A stretch of 64,000 bases of DNA, from the NCBI GenBank assembly GCA_018664825.1, contig JABJNO010000025.1, forward strand, positions 3,022 to 67,021, written 5' to 3'. Of the stretch, positions 57,155 to 64,000 are shown one piece after another (positions within the stretch are counted from its first letter, which is position 1; every line of letters starts with the position of its first letter). This DNA comes from Candidatus Parcubacteria bacterium. GTDB taxonomy: Bacteria; Patescibacteriota; Patescibacteriia; UBA1558; GWA2-36-10. The position numbers were made by a program, and so were the translations under genes. The notes below the pieces were generated by a model. It worked only from the letters and a program-made list of their open reading frames with translations, had not been told where the DNA came from and searched no databases.

Positions 57155-59260
57155 ATGTTCAAAAAAATCAATCATTGGCATTTGTCAATTTTAGTACTAA
57201 TAGCTTCGATTTTTGGTTTAATATTGGTACAAAAAGTGGTATTTGCACAATGGGAAGATCCGATTGGTTTACCTGGAGAATCAGGAGATTGGCATTTTGT
57301 AATCAATCCATTGGCTGAGGATTTAGAAATGAATAATTTTAAAATTTATGATACAGACCTAAGTATTGATCCTGCAGCTACTGACAAAATTTTGGTAAAT
57401 GACGGAAATATCAGGGTGACCAATGGACAGATTTGTCTCAATGGAGAGTGTCAGATTACCTGGCCATCTGGCGGGGGAAGTGGTGGATATTGGACAGAAA
57501 ATCCAGCTGACAGTACAGAAATTTATTATAGTGCTGGTAATGTAGGCATCGGCACATCCGATCCACTTCACAATCTATCTATTGTAAATACTACAGGAAA
57601 TCCAGAAATTACCTTTGATGATTTGGATGGAGATACTCATTGGGGCATTTACCATGATACAGGTAGCGAAGAATTGAGATTTTGGAATGATGGTACAAAT
57701 ATTTTATCTTTGAGAACTAATGGCTCAGCTGAGATGGGCTACAATACTGTCGCTACCGGAAACAATGCTATGGCTATTGGTATTGGTGCTCAAGCAACGG
57801 GAAATTATTCGGTTGCTATTGGTAATAGTGCTAGAGCTAGTGGGCAGACTTCTTTTGCTAGTGGATATCAAAGTAGGGCCACTCAAGACACTTCGACTGC
57901 TATAGGTTATTGGACAGTAGCTGACGGCCCTCAATCTGTAGCTATGGGCAGTCAGGCTAGCACGACTGCTTATTATGCAGTTGCTATAGGTAGATTGGTA
58001 GAGGCCAATGGCGCGGCTTCTGTGGCCATGGGTATAAGTTCAGTGGCTAATAGTAGTGGTTCAGTGGCTATAGGGCATCAAGTAACTGCCAATGGAGGTA
58101 GTTCTACGGCTATGGGCTACCAGACACGGGCAGTTGGAAATTATTCTTTTGCCGCAGGCTATGGCTCAGATGCAGTTGGAAATTATTCTTTTGTTGGTGG
58201 ACAAGACAACTGGGCTAGTGGTGCTGGTTCTACGGCTCTTGGTAGAGGAAATACAGCTAGCGGTGAAAAATCTTTTGCTGTTGGATTCCAAAATACAGCT
58301 AGCGGTCACGAATCAGTGGCTATGGGCAATGGTACTAGAGCTGAAGGTAATAACGCATTTTCTATGGGCGAAGATGCAGTAGCCGCGGGGCTAAATTCTA
58401 TAGCTATGGGACAAAATATACTCGCAAGTGGAATCAACTCTACAGTTATAGGCAGGGACGCAATTTCTCTTGGTATGGGTTCCGTTGCTCTTGGTCGTTA
58501 TTCAGAGGCTAGCGGTGATTATGCATTTGTATTTGGAGGAGGAGATAATATATCAGATACTGTGGCTAGTGGTAACTATTCTATAGCCATGGGTTTCAAA
58601 ACAGAGGCTACCAACAGTTATGCTGTAGCCATGGGTCAGGGCTCAATAGCTAGCGGAGAACATTCTGTAGCCATGGGAAGAAATACAAGGGCCTCAGGAG
58701 CCGCTTCTTTTGCCAATGGATATCAGGCAAACGCTGTAGGAGGAGTTTCTTTTGCTAGTGGTTGGATAGTAGATGCTGAAGGTCAATTTTCTACAGCAAT
58801 GGGCTATCAAACAAATGCTATGGGAGATTATTCTACGGCATTGGGTGTTTATGCTGATGCTAATCATAACAATTCTTATGTCATAGGCTTGGATGCGGGT
58901 AGTACTACTAGGTGTGAAAGTAGTATTGAAAATCAGTTTAAAGTTTGTGGTGATACATCTTTGGAGGGTGAGCTTTGTTTGAATGGAGATTGCATCAGTG
59001 ATTGGTCTACAGCAAGTAAATTAGAAGATTATAATATTGTTTGTACAGCTCCTAGTTTTGGTGGGGCGTGCTCTGTTAGTTGTGCGCCTGGCTTTGTACT
59101 TACATCTTGGGAATGTACAGATCATCTTGGTGGTTATTTACCGGGCGGAATTTGCATTCAAGGAGTCACAGAGGGTAGCATAATAGACACAGTAAGCCCT
59201 TTTGGTTGTCCAGATTCTCATGGTGATTGTGTTGGTAATGGAGTCTGCAGTAGACTTTAA
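57155..59260 (+). CDS. secreted surface/adhesin-like protein with Hep_Hag-type (YadA-head-like) repeats and Cys-containing C-terminal domain
   Basis: Leader MFKKINHWHLSILVLIASIFGLILVQKVVFAQWEDP. Tail-fibre-like motif GNVGIGTSDPLHNLSIV. About 20 copies of S/N-x-A-x-G-x-x-A-x-A-x-G repeats (NNAMAIGIGAQATGNYSVAIGNSARASGQTSFASG...). ICLNGECQITW and CLNGDCISDW motifs. Start at ATG 57155. Confidence 0.6.
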   Translation: MFKKINHWHLSILVLIASIFGLILVQKVVFAQWEDPIGLPGESGDWHFVINPLAEDLEMNNFKIYDTDLSIDPAATDKILVNDGNIRVTNGQICLNGECQITWPSGGGSGGYWTENPADSTEIYYSAGNVGIGTSDPLHNLSIVNTTGNPEITFDDLDGDTHWGIYHDTGSEELRFWNDGTNILSLRTNGSAEMGYNTVATGNNAMAIGIGAQATGNYSVAIGNSARASGQTSFASGYQSRATQDTSTAIGYWTVADGPQSVAMGSQASTTAYYAVAIGRLVEANGAASVAMGISSVANSSGSVAIGHQVTANGGSSTAMGYQTRAVGNYSFAAGYGSDAVGNYSFVGGQDNWASGAGSTALGRGNTASGEKSFAVGFQNTASGHESVAMGNGTRAEGNNAFSMGEDAVAAGLNSIAMGQNILASGINSTVIGRDAISLGMGSVALGRYSEASGDYAFVFGGGDNISDTVASGNYSIAMGFKTEATNSYAVAMGQGSIASGEHSVAMGRNTRASGAASFANGYQANAVGGVSFASGWIVDAEGQFSTAMGYQTNAMGDYSTALGVYADANHNNSYVIGLDAGSTTRCESSIENQFKVCGDTSLEGELCLNGDCISDWSTASKLEDYNIVCTAPSFGGACSVSCAPGFVLTSWECTDHLGGYLPGGICIQGVTEGSIIDTVSPFGCPDSHGDCVGNGVCSRL

Positions 59261-59307
59261 TAAGCATATAAAATTTTAAAATATAAAAAATTAAATAAAA
59301 TAAGAGT

Positions 59308-61152
59308 ATGTTGAAAAAAATTAATAGTTGGCATTTGTCAGTTTTGGTACTTGTAGCTTCTGTGCTGGGTTTGGTCCTAGTACAACAACAAGTATTGGCA
59401 CAATGGCAAAATCCTACTGATACACCAGGACAAGCTGGTGACAGTAGTCTAGTTTTAAATCCTTTAGTTGAAGATGTTGACCTTAGTGGTTCAAAATTTA
59501 CAGATAGCGCAAACGCTACTTTTGTACTTGAGCCAGGTGGTGTGACGGGTATGAATATTACGGGTACCGGCTATGGCATCAATGCCACAGGCGCTACTTA
59601 TGCAGGTTATTTCAATGGTGATATGCATGTTACCGGAGACCTTACTGTCGATGGATCTAGTCCAGGCGGCGCAGGTGGAGGCTTTTGGTTAGAAAGTCCT
59701 ACTGATCCTGGTGATATCTATTATGATGGTGGATATGTGGGTATTGGTACTTCAGATCCCGCTGCACCCCTACATATAATTAAGAGCGGTAGTCAGCTAA
59801 AAGTTACACCTGATTATATCTGGCACTTAAGTAATTCACGTTTCAAAATATCATCAGGCGGAGACGTGTCAATCAGGCCAGACAATAGTGAGTCTGCTTC
59901 ATCTACTTTTTCAGAGCTTGGTAGGCTTGGTATTCGTGTTGAAGACCCTGGCTATCCACTACATGTAAGAGATGATGATTCAACCTCAATATTGAATATA
60001 GATAACCAAGATGGTCATCTTTGGACAGGCACTCGTTTGGAAAGGGATGATCAAGAAAAATGGTTTATTGGTATGGACAATACTACTGATACTTTAAACT
60101 TTAGAGCTAATAATGCTACCAATACCGTATCAATCAATATTGATTCTAATGAAGCAGAATTGACTTTAGAATCTTATGAAAGATCATTTATAAATCTTCT
60201 TGTTTCAGATCCATGGGTTACTACTATTGATAATGTAGGTATTGATTTTACACGTAATAATTGGGCAACAGATCAATATACTGATTATAGGATGCTTGTA
60301 AACAACGGAGACTTTATTCTCAATTCATACTATCAAGATGTTTATAATCCTGTTCCCGCTATTGTTGGTACACCTTTGTTTATCCGAGATATTGGTTTGG
60401 GTACTGGTGGAAATTCTGTGGCTGGGTATATGGGTATCAACAAGACTGATCCTTCAGCACAATTGCATGTTTATGATGATGAGGCTGCTTCAGTTAGTGC
60501 AGACGGAGGAATAGCTATCTTAGGAAACAATGACAATGCCAGTGGTGGTGTCGGTGTGATTGGCTTGCAGACAAATGGCTCTGGAATCCCCAACGCAATT
60601 GGTGCACTGGGTATGAGTGGGCCAAATGGTTTTTCTAGTGGTAACTTAGATATTGGTGTTTTTGGCGCTGTTACCAATGATACAGCTTTAGGTGTTTATG
60701 GTTATAATAATTCTACTCCTGGCGGTGGCGGAGACTACACAGACAAAAGTGTCGGTGTACTTGGCCAAGGTCATTGGGCGGTAGTTGGTGATAGTACTAC
60801 TTCAAATGGACGTGGTGTTTATGCTGAGGGTTATTATGGTGTAAAAGCAAGGTCTACCGTGGCTGGTGGTTATGCTATCTACGGCGAAGAAGGTAGTGGT
60901 GACTATGCTGGTAAGTTTGTTGGTGATGTTTGGGTAGCCAGTGGTGGTGATCTAAAAATAGATGACTCCAATGCTAACACCCCTGCCTATCTTAGGCTTG
61001 ATGTCACAAGTACTGTTCCAAATAGCGTTGATTGTGATTCTGATGTTGATGAACCTGGTAGGATGGTATTTGATAATACTGCTAATGTTATATACATATG
61101 TACAGGTAATACTACTGGTTGGCAGGCCCTTTTCCCCAATACTGTGAAATAG
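59308..61152 (+). CDS. secreted surface protein, paralog sharing the N-terminal leader of 57155..59260
   Basis: MLKKINSWHLSVLVLVASVLGLVLVQQQVLAQWQNP leader (~60% identical to upstream gene over the first 65 aa). GYVGIGTSDPAAPLHII motif. Gly/Ser/Thr/Asn-rich, predicted beta-rich. Confidence 0.6.
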   Translation: MLKKINSWHLSVLVLVASVLGLVLVQQQVLAQWQNPTDTPGQAGDSSLVLNPLVEDVDLSGSKFTDSANATFVLEPGGVTGMNITGTGYGINATGATYAGYFNGDMHVTGDLTVDGSSPGGAGGGFWLESPTDPGDIYYDGGYVGIGTSDPAAPLHIIKSGSQLKVTPDYIWHLSNSRFKISSGGDVSIRPDNSESASSTFSELGRLGIRVEDPGYPLHVRDDDSTSILNIDNQDGHLWTGTRLERDDQEKWFIGMDNTTDTLNFRANNATNTVSINIDSNEAELTLESYERSFINLLVSDPWVTTIDNVGIDFTRNNWATDQYTDYRMLVNNGDFILNSYYQDVYNPVPAIVGTPLFIRDIGLGTGGNSVAGYMGINKTDPSAQLHVYDDEAASVSADGGIAILGNNDNASGGVGVIGLQTNGSGIPNAIGALGMSGPNGFSSGNLDIGVFGAVTNDTALGVYGYNNSTPGGGGDYTDKSVGVLGQGHWAVVGDSTTSNGRGVYAEGYYGVKARSTVAGGYAIYGEEGSGDYAGKFVGDVWVASGGDLKIDDSNANTPAYLRLDVTSTVPNSVDCDSDVDEPGRMVFDNTANVIYICTGNTTGWQALFPNTVK

Positions 61153-61190
61153 AATAGTTTTTAATAAATTTTTAAGACCCTAAAATATAA

Positions 61191-64000
61191 ATGAAAAAAG
61201 TTTTTCACTTTCATTTTTATAGTCGTATTGCTATTATGGCTGTTTTGGCTTTAGTGGTCTTTTTTTTACAATACTCAGCAAATATCGAGGCTCAGCAAAT
61301 ACCAAATAGTGTTCGATTGGCCGGCTGGGCTTGGTCAGATCAAGTTGGTTGGGTGAGTCTTAATTGTCGAAATGATTTTGATGGAGATGGTTTGATAGAA
61401 AATACCTGTGCTAGTGGGGGAGGAGTAGATTATTGGCTTGAAGTAGTTGATGTAAGTGGTGAATACCATGTCCAGGGTTGTGCTTGGGCGGGTGTTTCAG
61501 TAGATGGAAATCCTGGAAATGTTTTGGGCTGGATATGTTTCAATGACTGGAATGGAGCAGATACTCAAGCTCCTACAAATGGTATTAGAATAAACGATGA
61601 CATTGTAAATTCTCTTTGCTTTGATACTGCTGGTGGAGTTTGCAATACAAGTAATAGCTTTGCCTCAATAGCCAATCAAGAAGGTCAGTGTAATTCAGGG
61701 CCTTTTGAAGGAGACCCTTGCAACATAGATGCAGATTGTGGGGGAGCAGCAGGAAGTTGTGTGATACAACCCGATGCTTGGAAACTAGGATTTAATATTC
61801 AAGACCCAGTACCTGTCATAGACCCTGATTATCCTTCGGATAGCAATCCGTTAGAGGGTTGTTTTAATTGTCATATAGATAGGATAGCAGAGTGTACGGA
61901 CAATAGTGCTATAGATTGTTCGCTTGATGATGCCCTGTGTGACGTAGACGAGCTACGATGTGCTGGTAATACCAATGTATCTTGTACTCTGGCCACAGAA
62001 AATGCCGATTGTTATAGTGCGGGTAATTATGACTGGAGACCTTGTCAGGAGACAACTATAAATTATGGTGCTTGTATCCAGACGGGGCAAGAAGAAAAAT
62101 GTGAAAATTGTTTGGAATATTTTTATTATGAAGAGGGTGACTCAGATTTATATACAAATGGTTATGAGCATAGACGAATTTTAACAATAGACAACAATTA
62201 TGTAGCAGGAGCTTCAAATTATAATAATTTCCCAGTTTTAGTTTCTTTGACTTTGGATGATTTGAGATACTTTACTTCAGCCGGAGATGTCACTAGTCCC
62301 AATGGCTATGATATCGTTTTTACTCAAAATGCAGATGGAACCGGTCAACTAGATCATGAAATAGAAGATTATAGCTCAACGACAGGGGCTATACGTATGT
62401 GGGTAAGGATTCCTACTCTAGTAGCAGCCTCAGATACTACTTTTTATATGTTTTATGGCAATAATGCTATCAACACCTCTCAAGAAATAGGTGATGTTTG
62501 GTCAGATGGATTTGAAGCTGTTTATCATCTGGGAGATAATCTAGATAGTACAGCAAATAGCAATGATGGTACCTGGAACGGAAGTTTACCAGATAATTCA
62601 CTTGGTGCAATAGGTGATGGGCAACATTTTGATGGAGTAGATGATTATTTATTGGTGCCACATCATGGTTCAATATCAGGATTACCAGCAGTCAGTCTGT
62701 CGGCTTGGATCAATGTAGGTGCTTGGTCAAACAATTTAGGAGACATCAATTTTTTGGCTGCAAAAAGTAATTGGAGTAGTCAACGAGAATATAGAATAAG
62801 GCATCAGGGAAGTACGGGGCAGGTTTATTGGCAGGTGAGTGATAACGGGACAAATGTTGCGGAGACCACAGTAGATGATTCAAGTATTTCAGTTGGTGAA
62901 TGGCATTATTTGACGGGTACATGGCAAACAGGTGCAGACAATCTTATTTTTTATTTGGACGGTGTAGCTGTGGATACAAGTACTCTAACTGTGGCTTCTT
63001 TATTTGGTGGATCAGCTGATTTTGCTATAGGTAGTTCTGCGGACGGTGGGTCACTTGATGATAGAGATGATTGGGATGGATATATAGACGAGGTAAGGGT
63101 TAGCTCAATTGTACGCAGTAGTGATTATATTGCTACCGAATTTAGCAACCAAAGATATCCGGGTAATTTTATGACCGTTGGACTTGATGATCCGCGAGCT
63201 ATCGGGGGCCTAAAATACGTGATTGGAGGATATAGTTGTGAGTTGTGTACTATTGAAGACACAAACAACAATTGTGGTACCAATCCATACAATCTCAATA
63301 TAAATAGATGTGAGGTTTGTAATGATGGTGTTTATTATACTCCTGGGTTGATGATAGATCACAAATACAACAATATAGATTCAATAGTCGATCAGGTTGC
63401 AGGAGGCTGTGATATCAATCAAACAGATCCAGATATGGATGATTATTGCGAGGTTGGTTATATGTGTGGCTGGGGTTGGAATGCCTGGCAAGATGCAGGC
63501 GTAACGCAGGGATTGGGTTGGTTTCAGTTTGGAGCTAGGATAAATACCAGTACTAGGCCGTATTTTACAGCTGATAAGGGTAGTATATATTCTAGAGGTA
63601 GTGTTTTTAGCCGTTATAACGCTCCTTTTGGGAGGTACAACGCTAGTTATCTTATAGAATCTGGCGGCACTATTACCAATATAGTGAGCTCAACTACTTT
63701 GGCTGATTTATATCAAGGTGAGCTAGCCAACAGGCCTTTGCTAGATTTTTTCAATATAAAATCCAATAATAAATATACCAATGCCCTAGGTACTATAGAT
63801 TACCTGGGATTGACCAAGGTTTCTGAACAGATTTTGGGTACCGATTATAATAAATATAACTCAGAAATAATTACTAACCCAATATCACTAACGCTATCAG
63901 CCCCTATGGATGGAAAAGTGATATATTTTGATGACACTTATGGAAACGTAACTATAGATGCTTATGTAGAAGTACCTGTTGGTATTGACTCGGGAGCGTC
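61191..64000 (+). CDS. large secreted Cys-rich protein with LamG/concanavalin-A-like lectin domain (partial, runs off the 3' end of window)
   Basis: Open frame from ATG 61191 to window end with no stop (>930 aa), so absent from the ORF track. Signal peptide MKKVFHFHFYSRIAIMAVLALVVFF. Many Cys pairs. LamG-like block VYHLGDNLDSTANSNDGTWNG...LSAWIN...GEWHYLTGTWQ...IFYLDGVAVDTS. Confidence 0.6.
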   Translation, partial: MKKVFHFHFYSRIAIMAVLALVVFFLQYSANIEAQQIPNSVRLAGWAWSDQVGWVSLNCRNDFDGDGLIENTCASGGGVDYWLEVVDVSGEYHVQGCAWAGVSVDGNPGNVLGWICFNDWNGADTQAPTNGIRINDDIVNSLCFDTAGGVCNTSNSFASIANQEGQCNSGPFEGDPCNIDADCGGAAGSCVIQPDAWKLGFNIQDPVPVIDPDYPSDSNPLEGCFNCHIDRIAECTDNSAIDCSLDDALCDVDELRCAGNTNVSCTLATENADCYSAGNYDWRPCQETTINYGACIQTGQEEKCENCLEYFYYEEGDSDLYTNGYEHRRILTIDNNYVAGASNYNNFPVLVSLTLDDLRYFTSAGDVTSPNGYDIVFTQNADGTGQLDHEIEDYSSTTGAIRMWVRIPTLVAASDTTFYMFYGNNAINTSQEIGDVWSDGFEAVYHLGDNLDSTANSNDGTWNGSLPDNSLGAIGDGQHFDGVDDYLLVPHHGSISGLPAVSLSAWINVGAWSNNLGDINFLAAKSNWSSQREYRIRHQGSTGQVYWQVSDNGTNVAETTVDDSSISVGEWHYLTGTWQTGADNLIFYLDGVAVDTSTLTVASLFGGSADFAIGSSADGGSLDDRDDWDGYIDEVRVSSIVRSSDYIATEFSNQRYPGNFMTVGLDDPRAIGGLKYVIGGYSCELCTIEDTNNNCGTNPYNLNINRCEVCNDGVYYTPGLMIDHKYNNIDSIVDQVAGGCDINQTDPDMDDYCEVGYMCGWGWNAWQDAGVTQGLGWFQFGARINTSTRPYFTADKGSIYSRGSVFSRYNAPFGRYNASYLIESGGTITNIVSSTTLADLYQGELANRPLLDFFNIKSNNKYTNALGTIDYLGLTKVSEQILGTDYNKYNSEIITNPISLTLSAPMDGKVIYFDDTYGNVTIDAYVEVPVGIDSGA

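Noticed and set aside
57155-64000. Prophage tail module, suggested by tail-fibre-like GIGT..P motifs and Hep_Hag repeats
   Set aside because: No terminase, portal, capsid, integrase or lysis genes in the window. Neighbours are housekeeping (lemA, htpX, clpC). A cell-surface fibre or adhesin interpretation is preferred, though genes beyond the window are unseen.

Overview
AT-rich bacterial chromosomal segment with standard genetic code (TGA, TAA and TAG all terminate long ORFs), tight gene spacing, weak Shine-Dalgarno sites, and small housekeeping genes interleaved with very large cysteine-rich secreted proteins. This pattern fits a Candidate Phyla Radiation/Patescibacteria-like or similar reduced Gram-positive-type genome. 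Housekeeping content: leuS (with a NUDIX-hydrolase domain inserted into its coding sequence), an MFS paralog-tsaC-MFS paralog-rsmA/ksgA operon, rpsF-ssb-rpsR-efp, recG, three tRNAs (Ser-TGA, Arg-GCG, Ser-GCT), thrS preceded by a T-box-like leader, comFC, a ClpC/ClpB-type ATPase, htpX and lemA. Accessory content: (1) a type IV secretion-like module with a PrgI/VirB3-like protein, a VirB4 ATPase encoded as two adjacent ORFs, several membrane/secreted proteins and a VirB2-like pilin fused to a Cys-rich domain; (2) an IS200-like REP-associated tyrosine transposase (RAYT) embedded in copies of a 13-bp palindromic REP that also forms the efp terminator; (3) an operon around a 2940-aa giant Cys-rich surface protein; (4) three membrane-anchored secreted proteins sharing a thrombospondin-type-3-like DxDxDG module, one ending in a DsbA-like thioredoxin domain; (5) tandem surface/adhesin-like paralogs with a shared N-terminal leader plus a >930-aa LamG-like protein running off the window; (6) near-identical ~128-bp direct repeats bracketing thrS, related to sequence downstream of the tRNA genes. 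No rRNA, CRISPR array or prophage structural module was seen.
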